From the NCBI GenBank assembly GCA_963749155.1, contig CAVVLO010000002.1:576001-640000 (forward strand): 64,000 bases of DNA, given 5' to 3'. The DNA comes from an uncultured Armatimonadia bacterium (lineage in GTDB: Bacteria > Armatimonadota > Zipacnadia > CAVVLO01). How positions within the stretch are numbered: the first letter of the stretch is position 1; each line of letters opens with the position of its first letter. Positions 1 to 10,746 of this stretch are shown here, one piece after another. Position numbers and translations under genes: made by a program. A model generated the notes under the pieces. The model was not told the DNA's origin. It worked only from the letters and a program-made list of their open reading frames with translations, and ran no database searches.

Positions 1-2
1 GT

Positions 3-3000
3 GGCGCGGAGGGCAAGTTCCGCGTACCTTCGGGCTACAGGGCGCCCTTCGAATGCCCCCGGCTGGGCGCAAGGACTTACTTGTTGCTCAACGCTTATAC
101 CCTTGTGCGCGCCTGGCAGGCCCCCCGGGCCGGCACGGTGATTCTCTCAGGCCTCGCCCACCATACCGGCGGCGGGGTGCCAGTGGACATCAGTCTGGTA
201 AAGCTGGACGAGGCGCCCAGTCGCGCAGTCGAATCGATGACGGCCTGGCAGGTTGAAGACGCCACAGCGCGCCAGGTAGCGGTAGGGGGTCGACCGGCCG
301 TAGAGCTTGAATTTACGCTCAGCGCTGGCGCCTTGCGCGCCAGGTTGCGAATTCAAGCTTATCCGGGTACCTCGGTGCTGAGGCAGAGGCTTGAACTGGA
401 AAACACAGGCTCCAGAGAGCGCCCTCTCGACTCTCCCGCCTTGTTCGCGCTGCCACTCGGTCTGGAACCGGCAGCCTCTTACACCCACTACTGGCTGTGT
501 GGCGGAACCAGTCGGCCTAATCAGGGGCAGTTGCGCCAGGCATCGGTAAGCCAAAATTACCATCAGGCAGTGCTGGGCGAGAAGACTGACAACTTCGTGC
601 CCTGGACGGCGCTGCTGAGGTCGGAAAGCGAGCAGGATGGCCTCTTCGTCGCGCTGGATTATCTCGGCACCTGGAATATCAGCCTTGATAAGGAGCCTGG
701 TCAACCGCTGCAGCTTGGCATCAGTCTGCCACTGCTGGCAACGCGCTCTCTTGCTCCCGGTGAGAAAGCCAGCCTGCCGCCAGTCACCTTTGGCGTCTTT
801 AGTGGCGACCTCGACGATATGGGCGCGCGCCTCTACGACTGGCAATATGAGTACCTTTGGGATTTCACCAACGCCGACTATTATGCGCGCACCAAATGGG
901 CGGTGCCGTGGTTCTTCTGTTCTCGCAACCTGCAGGAGCAGTTCGCGGCGCGCCTTGCGCAGCTTGATGCTGACGCCGACCGGATGCGCTCACTGGGTTT
1001 TGAGATACTCTGGGACGACGCTGGCTGGTCAAAGTTCCCCGGTTGGCCGGGAGACACGTATGCCACGGTCTTCCAACCCACTCACGAGGGGCCTGACTTT
1101 AGTCGAACGCTGGATTTCCTCTCCAGGCTGGATATGCGCTGGCTGGCGTGGTTTGCTGGAAGGCCCTCGGCAGGATTGATTAATGGTAAAGTGGGCGCCT
1201 GGGGCAACTTCCAGTGGCGTACCGATGGCGTGGGGCGCTTTGGGCCTGAAACAGAGGCCGCTTTCCTCAGCCAGATTGAAAGTTTTCTGACCGACTATCC
1301 CCGCTGCTCCTTCCATACTTGCGATGGGGGCAGCCGGTTCGCGCATCAGTTCGAGGTGCAGCGCTATGCGGATGTGAACTACCTCTCCGATATGGGACGC
1401 GGCGATGAGACCAACTATTACTTTTCCTATCTTGAACTACCTGACAAATGGCTGGATTTCCTCGACCCCTTGCTTAATCCCGGCACGCGCTTCGACCCAG
1501 CCACCTCGCGCAGACAGCTTACGATGGCCCCAGGCTGGGGCATCGGGGCGGTAGAGGAAGACTTCGAATACCTGCGCCAGACCAACGACCTCTATCGCTT
1601 TCTGCGCGATGAAGGGGTCGTGGGCAGGTGGAGCTACACCTTCCACCCGAAGGTCACTGGCGATGAGGAGTGGTATTACGCCCAGCGCACCAGCCACGAC
1701 CGCACCAAAGCGCTCATCGTGCTGAAACACCAGCCACAGGGCGAGGTAACCCTGTTCCCGCGCGGCCTGCTGGAAAAACACAAGTATGTGGTAGGGCGAG
1801 ATTCCACTCAGGAGACAATCCTCAGGACAGGCGCCGACCTGATGGAACAGGGCATCACGCTTAAGGCCTCGCCCGCGGGAGAACTTATCTATCTCGGCTT
1901 GCCAAACAGACCTGGGGGAGGGGCCGACCAGACAGCTCCTACGGCCCCTGGGCGCGTACTGACTCGGCGCGAGTCCAACCTGGGCCATCAGGGCGTGGGC
2001 ATCTACTGGTCGCCAGGAACCGATGACAACTGGATTGCCGCCTACGAGATACGCCGCAACGAGCAGCAACTGACCAGGGTCAGCGTCGGCCTTTACACCT
2101 TCGACCGCACGGAGGGCTGGGATCCGGCGGCCTCGTATTCTGTGCGCGCGGTGGATGGCGATGGCAATGCCAGCGAGTGGACTGATTCCAGACCGCTTGG
2201 AGATGAGCCTTATACGGCTTCTGTTCTGGGCGGCCATTATGCGCTGGCGGGTCGAGAGGGCTGGAGCGCCGAAAGCAGCCCAGATGGCCTCCACTTTGAG
2301 CCGATGAGCTTTGTCCCACCGGCGCGCAGCCCCGCAGGCGACCTGGGTGGCACTCCCAACCAGCCGGGCGGGGTCGAGGGCTATTGGGAAGCTGGCGCAG
2401 CGCGCCTTGGCCGGGGCTGGCAGCAAGCTGCCGCTGACCGGCAGTGTGTCCGCTGCTGGACTGCCGCGCGCGAGGGCACCGTGCGCGTGGTCGGACGCGC
2501 AATGAAAGAAGCCTACCACCAGGACCTGGGAGGCCCGCTTCAGGCACGTATCCTTCACAATACCCAGCAGGTCTGGCCCCATAACGGTTGGGCGATGGCG
2601 CCTCTGAACGACCTCGTTGGCGCAAGCCACGATTTCACCCTCGCCGTGCAGAAGGGCGACAAGCTACGTTTCGTTCTCGCTCCGAGCGACCAGCCGGACG
2701 GCGCGCTGCTCGCCTGGATGCCGACCCTCACCTACACCGACGAGCCAGCCGCGACGGCCTTTGGTAGCGTGGTGCGCATCGCCTGCGGTCGCAAGCAGCC
2801 CTTCACCGACAGCCTGGGCAACCTCTGGGAGGCGGACCGGTATTTCCACGGCGGCAAGCCGCTGCACACCGAAGCACCAATCGACGGCGCCCAACCGACA
2901 GCCGCAGACGAGGCTCTCTACCAGACTGGTCGCGAAGGGACCGACTTCACCTACACTATCCCGGTCGAACAGGGCCTCTATACTGTCCGCGCTGAAACTG

Positions 3001-3708
3001 GCCGAACCGGTCTACGATTGGGCCTTCGAACGTCCCTTCAACCTGACGATCAACGGGCAGCAGGTGCTGACCAGCTTCGATGTGTGGCACGGGGCAAAAG
3101 GACCGCGCAAGGCCTGTGAGCGCGTCTTCAACTGGCTTGTGCCTGATGCCGACGGCCACCTGGTGCTGCGCTTCACAGGCGCCTCGCAACCGGGCCGGCC
3201 TCTCGCGCCCGCACTCGTCCAAGCGATCGAGGTGCTTCCCGCCGTCAAACCTGTAATCCGTATCGACTGCGGCGCCGACCAGCCTTATGTGGACTGGAAC
3301 AGCTTTATATGGAGCGCCGACCCAGGGCTTGGGGGGGGCCAGAGACTAACCTCCGAGGCGCCCATCGCTCAGGCCTCGCCGACTCTCTACGACCAGCGCC
3401 TGTATCAGACCGCAAGCACGGGGCATGAGCTGGAATATGTGATCCAGGCGCCTCCAGGGTTATATGCGGTGCATCTCAAATTCGCAGAACTCTGGCTCAG
3501 CGAGCCTGGCAAGCGTCCACTACGTATCGAGGTAAATGGCCGCGTAGCGCGCGATGGCTGGGATCCCGCCACCGCTGCCGGTCAGGTGGGGATGGCCGCC
3601 GACCTCCGGATTGAAGATGTCGTGCCTGATAAGCAGGGACGTATCACAGTCCGGATTGTCGCCCTTGGGGAAACTGGCGCTCTCTTGCAGGCGATCGAAG
3701 TGAAGTAG
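3..3708 (+). CDS. Large GH36-like (alpha-galactosidase-fold) glycoside hydrolase with FN3-like and two malectin-like C-terminal domains; 5'-truncated by the window, +1 frameshift near 2990
   Basis: The frame of ORF 81..3119 is open from position 3. Motifs EILWDDAGW, WRTDG and CDGGSRF resemble the GH36 barrel, and 'YSVRAVDGDGNASEW' is FN3-like. 'RIACG...WEADRYF...LYQTGREG...YTVR' continues in ORF 2617..3708 as 'LKLAEP', with a second malectin-like unit 'RIDCG...LKFAELW...LQAIEV'. Confidence 0.75.
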
Positions 3709-3754
3709 GAGCAAAATCAAATAAGGCCACTGGGCACGTTGAAGGAGGCTCCTT

Positions 3755-6477
3755 ATGGATTATCACTGGGGATTGTTCTGGCTCCTCACCTTGATGTTTG
3801 CTGCTGCTTCTGGCCTCGCAAGGCTCTGGTCCTGTCGCTGCCGAGACACTTTATGTGGCTCCTGATGGCAACGACACCTGGACCGGCCAACAGGCCAGAC
3901 CGAATCCGGGCCGCACCGACGGGCCGCTAGCCTCAATCGCGGGCGCAAGAGACACCCTCCGCAAGCTACAAAGCCACCACCGGCCTCAGCGCCCCTGTAA
4001 AAGTCATCATCGCAAGCGGTCAGTATGCTCTCACCGAACCTGTCGTTTTTGAGCCTCAGGACTCCGGCACTGAAGAGTGCCCCATCACTTACGCTGGCGC
4101 CGAGGGCACGCGTCCACTTATCCTGGGGGGCAAGGTAATCACCGGCTGGCGCCACCAGGAAGGTCGCTGGGTCACTCACCTGCCCCAGGTCAAAGCAGGC
4201 AACTGGTATTTCGCCGCGCTGTGGATTAATGGCGAGCGCAGGACTCGGGCGAAAAGCCCTAACGAGGGATACTTCTTAACGGCAGGCAAAGCCCCGCCGC
4301 TTATTGATCCAGCAACAGGCAAGCCCGCCTCCAGCGGCAAGGTAGCTTTCCGTTATGCGCCCGGTGACCTGACTCGTTTCACGCACCTCGAAGAGGCCGT
4401 TGTTGTGGTCTTCCAGTCCTGGGAGGTAGGCCACCAGCGAATCGCCTCGCTCGATGAGGAGACGCGCGTCGTCAGCTTCAAGCGCCCTCTCCCCTGGGAT
4501 TTCGATCACTGGGGCGGGGAGGTACGTTACTATGTCGAAAACGTGCCCGAAGCCCTCGATGCCCCTGGCGAAGGGTATCTGGAGCGCGCAACCGGCACCC
4601 TTACCTACATACCTTATCCTGGCGAAGACCTTACCAAAGCCACTGTCGTGGCTCCGGTTGCGAAGCAGTTGCTTGTCCTGGCTGGCCGGCCTGCAGAAGG
4701 CGAATTCGTTTCTCACCTGCGTTTCAAGAACCTGCGCCTGGGCTATACAGACTGGGAGGTGCCCGAAGAGGGCCATGCCGCTGGTCAGGCTGCCTGTGAC
4801 TTCCCCGGTGCGATTGAGGCTACCGGCGCCAGAAACTGTGTAGTCGAAGGCTGCGAGCTTGCACATCTGGGCACTTATGGCGTGTGGCTGCGTTCCGGCT
4901 CGCAGGACAACCTGATCACCCGGTGCGAGATTCACGACCTTGGCGCAGGGGGAGTGCGGCTTGGAGAGCAGGGCGATGCGGCAAGTGAAGACGAAGTCGT
5001 CCAGCGCAACACAGTAGACAACAACTTCATCCACGACGGAGGCAAGATTAACCCAGGGGCCGTCGGAGTCTGGATTGGTCGCACCAGCTACAACCAGGTC
5101 TCCCACAACGAGATATGCGACCTCTACTATACCGGCGTCTCGGTAGGCTGGAGCTGGGGCTATGCGCCCACGAGCGCCCATCACAACCTTATCGAATACA
5201 ACCATATCCACGATATCGGCCGCGGCGTGCTCGGAGATATGGGGGGCATCTATTGCCTGGGAGACTCGCCCGGTACGGTTGTGCGGGGCAATCTGGTGCA
5301 CGACGTCTACGACCACCATACCGGCTCGCTTGCCATCTACACGGATGAAGGCAGTACCGGAATCCTCATCGAGGGCAATATCGGTTATGGCACGACCTAT
5401 GCCAACTTCCACCAGCATTATGGCAAGGAGAATCTCGTCCGCAACAACATCTGGGCACTGGGACAGGATTACCAGCTAAGCCGCGCGCGGGAAGAAGAGC
5501 ATCTCTCCTTCACCTTCGAGCGCAATATCGTCTATTTTGACAACGGCAAGCTGCTGAAGGGCGGCTGGAGCAACGACCAGTTCGTGATGGACCACAACCT
5601 CTACTGGGACATCTCTCGCCCGGAGGGCGACCTTTCGTTCGCAGGAGCGACCTTCGCCGAGTGGCAGGCGCGCGGCCACGACACCCATTCTGTGATAAAA
5701 GACCCTCTCTTCGTAGACGCGAAAAATCACGATTTCCGCCTGAAGCCCGACTCGCCGGCTTTTGCCCTTGGTTTCGTGCCGATTGATACAGCCAAGATTG
5801 GCCTGTATGGCGATCCGGACTGGGTAGCTGCTCCGAAGCGCATCAAACGAGTTCCGTTCGTTCCCACCCCACCCGCCGCGCCGAAGCCGACGCCAGTGGA
5901 CGAAGGGTTCGAGACCTCGCTGGTCGGGATGACGCCGGAAGGCGCCTCGGTAAGTGTAGAGCAAACGGGCAGTATCCAGATCACCGACCAACTGGCAGCA
6001 ACAGGCAAACAGTGTCTGGAGTTTGCCGACGCGCCAGGACAGCAGTTCAGCTTCAATCCGCATATGTGGTATTCCCCACACTTTGAGGCAGGCCTGGCAA
6101 CTGTCAGCTTCGATGTGCGGATGCAACCAGGCGCCGTAGGTCATTTCGAGTGCCGCGAGTATTCGGGAGGCAGCTATGTTGTTGGACCCTCCGTGCGCAT
6201 CGAGGGCGATGGCAGACTGCTGTCCGAGGGCAAGGAGCTCGGTCAGGTGCCCCAGGAGCAGTGGTTCAGTTTCGCTATAAGTTGCAGTCTCGGCGATGAG
6301 GCAACCGGCAAGTGGAGGCTTCGCTACGGCCCGCTCGGGGGCGAGCTGACAGAGCTCGAGCTGACCTGCGCTCCAGCCTTCCACAAGCTGGACTGGGTCG
6401 GCTTTATCTCGGATGCCACCACTGCCACCGGCTTCCATGTGGACAATATCAGGATTGGGCTAGCTGACAAGCCCTGA
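3755..6477 (+). CDS. Secreted right-handed parallel beta-helix enzyme (GH141-like) with C-terminal beta-sandwich domain; +1 frameshifts near 3797 and 3972
   Basis: RBS aaggagg precedes ATG 3755 and a signal-like N-terminus. 'LYVAPDGNDTWTG...DGPLASIAGARD' then 'PQDSGTEECPITY' lead into ORF 4405..6477, which has PbH1-like repeats 'HNEICDLYYTGVSVGWSWGY', 'DMGGIYCLG' and 'IYTDEGSTGILIEGN'. Confidence 0.8.
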
Positions 6478-6482
6478 CCTGG

Positions 6483-7574
6483 TCAAGTCCCGGCGCGGAA
6501 GCGCTCGGCCCATTTCGCTGTCAGACGCAGGTAGAGGTCTTCGTATTCCTCGCAGGGCTCTATTTGCGTGCCCTCTCCCCACTCGTTGAAGGAGCAGACC
6601 GTAACAAAACAGGGAGAAGTAGCGAGAGCGGCTTCCCACATACCCTCGTAGAGCCCGCCCAGCCCCCGGGCCATCACACGACCTGGGTGATGCCATATGC
6701 GTCCATCAAAACCTGGCGCCACTGAAGCGCTCCAGAAGCTCGCCCCATTGCGCCTGGCAAGCTCGGCCACCTGCTCCGAGGCGAGCGCGAACCCTTCGGG
6801 CGACCAGTGCTCCAGGCTGGAGTTATACTGACAGAATCCCTGAAACAGGCCAGGCTCATACAGGTCCGGATTGGTCACAGCCACCTCTCCGGCAATCAGG
6901 AAAAGGCGGTCATCGAGGCCCGCCTGCGCAAGCAGAGCCCGCACCCGCTTCCAGTCGGCAACAGTATGCTTGACCAGTGTGGCGTAGATACAAAGAGCCA
7001 GTTGCCCATCGAAATGCAGCACCCTTGGGTTGCCGTGATAGGTCCTGGCGATGTAGGCCAATTGCTCGGCGATGCGCTCCACCGAAAAGCCTTGCCAGCA
7101 GTAGGTGTCATACCAGGGGCTCACCTGCAGGGGAAGTCCTGTGCGCTCAAGCACCTCTAGCATTAGGCGCAAAGAGCGGTCATAGAGGGTCTCCTCGAGC
7201 GGCTTGTCCTTGTCGGAGTTGTCCTCGCCCACCAACTGGTAGTCCCAGAACAATCCATCCAGCCCTGCTTCCAGAGCCCAGATTGCATGCTGCTCCAGCA
7301 CTTTTGGATCCAGGCAGTCGTATAGCCCGAGCGTGGGATAGAAAGCGCTGTAATTCGACCTGCGCCCTGGCGCCAGGAACTCGTCCGGATTATGAGCCAG
7401 CTTCTCAAGCACCTCATCAGGCGGTTCGTAGGCGGGAAAGCCATACCCGGTAGACAGCCAAAGAGGTTCATTCCAGGTGAGCCAGCGGCCGGTTGGGCCC
7501 TCGGGAGTGCCATAGAAAGGATGATAATAGCCCCAAACCTGCTTTGGGATTTCCCTGGTACTGTAATCCGCCAT
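6483..7574 (-). CDS. GH99/GH71-like glycoside hydrolase (endo-alpha-mannosidase fold)
   Basis: 'GYYHPFYG', 'YPTLGLYD', 'SVAPGFD' and 'CSFNEWGEGTQIEP' (GH99-type ExxE). RBS ggagg before ATG 7574. Confidence 0.8.
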   Translation of the reverse strand: MADYSTREIPKQVWGYYHPFYGTPEGPTGRWLTWNEPLWLSTGYGFPAYEPPDEVLEKLAHNPDEFLAPGRRSNYSAFYPTLGLYDCLDPKVLEQHAIWALEAGLDGLFWDYQLVGEDNSDKDKPLEETLYDRSLRLMLEVLERTGLPLQVSPWYDTYCWQGFSVERIAEQLAYIARTYHGNPRVLHFDGQLALCIYATLVKHTVADWKRVRALLAQAGLDDRLFLIAGEVAVTNPDLYEPGLFQGFCQYNSSLEHWSPEGFALASEQVAELARRNGASFWSASVAPGFDGRIWHHPGRVMARGLGGLYEGMWEAALATSPCFVTVCSFNEWGEGTQIEPCEEYEDLYLRLTAKWAERFRAGT

Positions 7575-7622
7575 CAGAGGCGCCTCCTGGTCTGGTAGAG
7601 CGTGTTCGGATGCCAACAGTCG

Positions 7623-8663
7623 TCAGCGCGCTGCCTTCCACCGGTCAGCGTATTGCCTGGTGCTTTCGATATAGGAACGCCCATATTCACGGCTGTCTGC
7701 GATCTCGGTAGCCTCAAAGAGTTCGTTCCAGGTCTCGACCACTACGATTTTGGGGCGGTGAGTGGGAGGAAGCGCAAGTAACTTCTCCCAGTTATGGGCG
7801 TAAAACGCTCCACCTTCCCGGTCCTGTTTCCTGTTAGTGCTGGCTGTGGAGGCAAATTCATCAAAGCCTGGCCCCACGCACGCAATGCCATCCACCTGCA
7901 GGCCATACAGCGCGGCGCCCCAGCGATAGGTACTGTCGGCTGAAATTTGCCAGGAGACTTCAGCGACGATATAGGGCACGGCCCCGCCAAAGTCCTGGGC
8001 AAAGTGTTCTCTTACATAATCGAATAGCCCTGCCTCATCGGCGCCTGCCCTGGCGAGACTGGCATCGTAAAGAAATACGAGCGGCTGGCCCTCGAGGGTT
8101 GCCCGCAGCCAGGGGGGAACCTGGGAGAAAAAATCGCGGATCGTCACATAGAACCACGCCCGGCCATCCGGAGTCGAAAGGTCGACATGATGATGCGCGG
8201 CATTGTCTCTCAGGCTGGTTGTGTCGTAGAAGAGCCCAATTGCGGGGGGCTGCTTGCCCCTCGCCTTGAGTAACTCGGCTGCCTCAACCAGCGCAGTTAG
8301 TCCCTCGTAACTCCACTTCAAGGGACCGTTGAGCTGCCTATCGGCAGGATTGCCATGGTAGACAGGCAGCAGGAAGTCGAGTCCGGCCTCGAGCATATCC
8401 TCCAGTTCGCGCCTGTGCCAGTCGACGAGTTTGTAGCTGTAGCCCACAAGTTCGGCAGGATGGTCGGTCAACCGATCCTTACCCTCAGGCCCGACGACGT
8501 TCTCTCCCGAATCGGCGTCATACCAGTAAAAATAGTAGGTGCCCACAAGGGGTTCAGTCAGCGCGAAAGCAGGGCTGTCGCTGCCGAGGGGCGCTGGCCC
8601 GATGTGGGGGCCAGGCGGTGGAGCCTCAAGTAAAGCCTGCTCGCGCAAGTCTGGAATCTTCAT
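7623..8663 (-). CDS. GH99/GH71-fold, DUF5010-like glycoside hydrolase
   Basis: 'GTYYFYWYD', 'IGLFYDT', 'VGPGFDE' and 'ETWNELFEATEI'. Confidence 0.7.
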   Translation of the reverse strand: MKIPDLREQALLEAPPPGPHIGPAPLGSDSPAFALTEPLVGTYYFYWYDADSGENVVGPEGKDRLTDHPAELVGYSYKLVDWHRRELEDMLEAGLDFLLPVYHGNPADRQLNGPLKWSYEGLTALVEAAELLKARGKQPPAIGLFYDTTSLRDNAAHHHVDLSTPDGRAWFYVTIRDFFSQVPPWLRATLEGQPLVFLYDASLARAGADEAGLFDYVREHFAQDFGGAVPYIVAEVSWQISADSTYRWGAALYGLQVDGIACVGPGFDEFASTASTNRKQDREGGAFYAHNWEKLLALPPTHRPKIVVVETWNELFEATEIADSREYGRSYIESTRQYADRWKAAR

Positions 8664-8739
8664 CGCTTGTCTAGGGCCTCCTGTAAATTGGAGAGCGACC
8701 AGCAGCCTGGCAGCTTGTTATGTTTCAGCCCAGAAGCAG

Positions 8740-9747
8740 CTAGACCTCGTCCAGTCCAACCAGCCGGGCTTGCTCTCGTGACTTGTAACAGGCATCGACC
8801 AGGCGCATCACATACAGTCCATCTCGCCCTGTCACCCGAGGTTCATACTCTCCAAGTATCGCATCGATGAAATCCTTGTCCATAGAGACCGGCTCGGCCC
8901 AGGGTCCTTCCTCAAGGCGAGCTACGCGGTTGCGATCAACGACAGTTACGCCCTCTCGCAAGGTGGTATGGATTGAACCTCCTGTGGCGTTCACATCGAG
9001 GCGCACCCCAAAGCCTGCATAACCCCTGGGGAAGGCATTGTATCGCGCAGCAAAGGTCAGACTGCAGTTCGCCACCACGCCATTTTTGAATACCAGGATG
9101 ATCTCTGCGGTATCTTCTGCCTTGTTCTGAGCCTCTATCACAAGTCTTCCGCCAGCGCAGAAGACACTCGCAACCTCTCCAAACAGGTAATACAGCGTGT
9201 CGAGCATATGAGGCCCATTGTCTATAACGACGCCGCCCCCGGAGGCTTCTTTGGTGCCTTTCCAGTGGTCCGGATTATTCATCCGCGCATACTCGTCTCC
9301 GATGAAACACGACAGGCACAAGAAGGGACTGCCGATTTCCCCAGACAAGATCACCTCTCGGACTCTCGCGAGTTCCGGGACATAGCGGAAGTTTTCCGCC
9401 ACGAACAAACGAACCCCCGCCCGGTCAGCTGCCTGGACCATCTCATTGGCCTGGGCCGCGTCGAGTGCAAGCGGTTTTTCGGCAATTACGTGCTTGCCCA
9501 AGGCGATTGCCTCAAGGGCCATCTCATGGTGCAGGTAATTGGGCGTGCAGAGATAAAGCAGGTCGCTCTCCCCAAGTAGCTTCCGGTAGTCGTCCAGCAC
9601 CGGCAAGCCATAGGTAGAGACGATCTTTCTTCTTATCTCCGGGTTTGGATCAGCCACGCCTGTCACCTTTACTCTCTGATCGGACAGTAGAGAGGTCAAG
9701 TGACCGTCACTAACCACGCCTCCGCCTGCAAAACCGACTCTAATCAT
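8740..9747 (-). CDS. Gfo/Idh/MocA family oxidoreductase
   Basis: Rossmann GxG motif, 'CTPNYLH', 'HVIAEKPLA' and 'GGGVVIDNGPHMLD'. RBS ggagg before ATG 9747. Confidence 0.9.
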   Translation of the reverse strand: MIRVGFAGGGVVSDGHLTSLLSDQRVKVTGVADPNPEIRRKIVSTYGLPVLDDYRKLLGESDLLYLCTPNYLHHEMALEAIALGKHVIAEKPLALDAAQANEMVQAADRAGVRLFVAENFRYVPELARVREVILSGEIGSPFLCLSCFIGDEYARMNNPDHWKGTKEASGGGVVIDNGPHMLDTLYYLFGEVASVFCAGGRLVIEAQNKAEDTAEIILVFKNGVVANCSLTFAARYNAFPRGYAGFGVRLDVNATGGSIHTTLREGVTVVDRNRVARLEEGPWAEPVSMDKDFIDAILGEYEPRVTGRDGLYVMRLVDACYKSREQARLVGLDEV

Positions 9748-9792
9748 CTGCTCCTCCAGCACCAATCGTTGTGCTAGCTGCAACCTTGCAAG

Positions 9793-10669
9793 CTAGATCA
9801 AGGCCTTGTAGCTCTTGAGGCTTAACCTGGCCGCCTCCAGGGCATCGCCCTTTAGCACCTCGCCCATATACTTGAAGGACTCGAACTCGAGCGAGAGCCA
9901 GCCTGAATAATCCAGTTCGTCAAGCGTCGCAAAGAAGCTCTGCCAGTTGATGCCCCCCTCGCCCAGGAGCGGAAACAGGAAGTCCTCTCCAAGGATCCCC
10001 GGCCGGCCAAGGGCATCCTTCACGTGGATATGCTTAATCCTGGTATGAAGGCTGCGCATCGCGAAGGTCAGGTCATTCCTGTGCAGCAGGTAGTGAGAGG
10101 GATCGAAGGTCAGGCCCAGGCTGGGGCTGTCGAGTCTGCGCAAGAGTTCGAGGGTGGAATAATAGTCATGCACAAGGGAGCCTACAATCGCCTCGAGGGC
10201 GATAACAACGCCTTCTGCCTCAGCGACTTCCAGTACTTTTTCGAGAGTCGTCGTGAGGGTGTCCCAGGATTTTTGCCAGTCCGGCTCGCTCTGCTTCCAC
10301 CACGCGGCATCCGGCGCTCCTTTGGGGATTACGCTGCCGGAAGCGGTGTTGACAATACCGATTCCCGCTGCTGCGGAGGCCCGAACGAAATTGCCCAGTT
10401 CAGTGGCGACCCGGTCTTGTTGTTCGAAATCGGTGAGATTGCGCAGGATGACGAAGTCCGTTACCGCCAGTCCGGACTCACTGAGTTGCTTCGACCGCCA
10501 TCCTGAGCAGCTTGCAAGCCTCATCGCCTGTTCCAAAACAGGTTTCTTTCCATTCCACCCCGCGATATCCAAGCGCAGCCAGTTCATCAGCTACCCGGCT
10601 TACCTCAGCCCTGGTCCGCAGACCATCCCACCAGAACGCATTGAAAGCTACTCGGGTCTTGTCGAGCAT
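9793..10669 (-). CDS. Sugar phosphate isomerase/epimerase (AP endonuclease 2 TIM barrel); +1 frameshift near 10483
   Basis: The N-terminus is in ORF 10478..10669 ('LGYRGVEW'). The rest is in 9793..10587 ('IALEA', 'FDPSHY', 'HIHVKD', 'LGEGGINW', 'LSLEFE'). Confidence 0.85.
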
Positions 10670-10746
10670 CCCTGACCAACCCTCCCAACCCTAGGAAAAC
10701 GTCTTCTCTGAAATCAGACGCTGTCAGTATGCGGCGTCGTCTGGAT

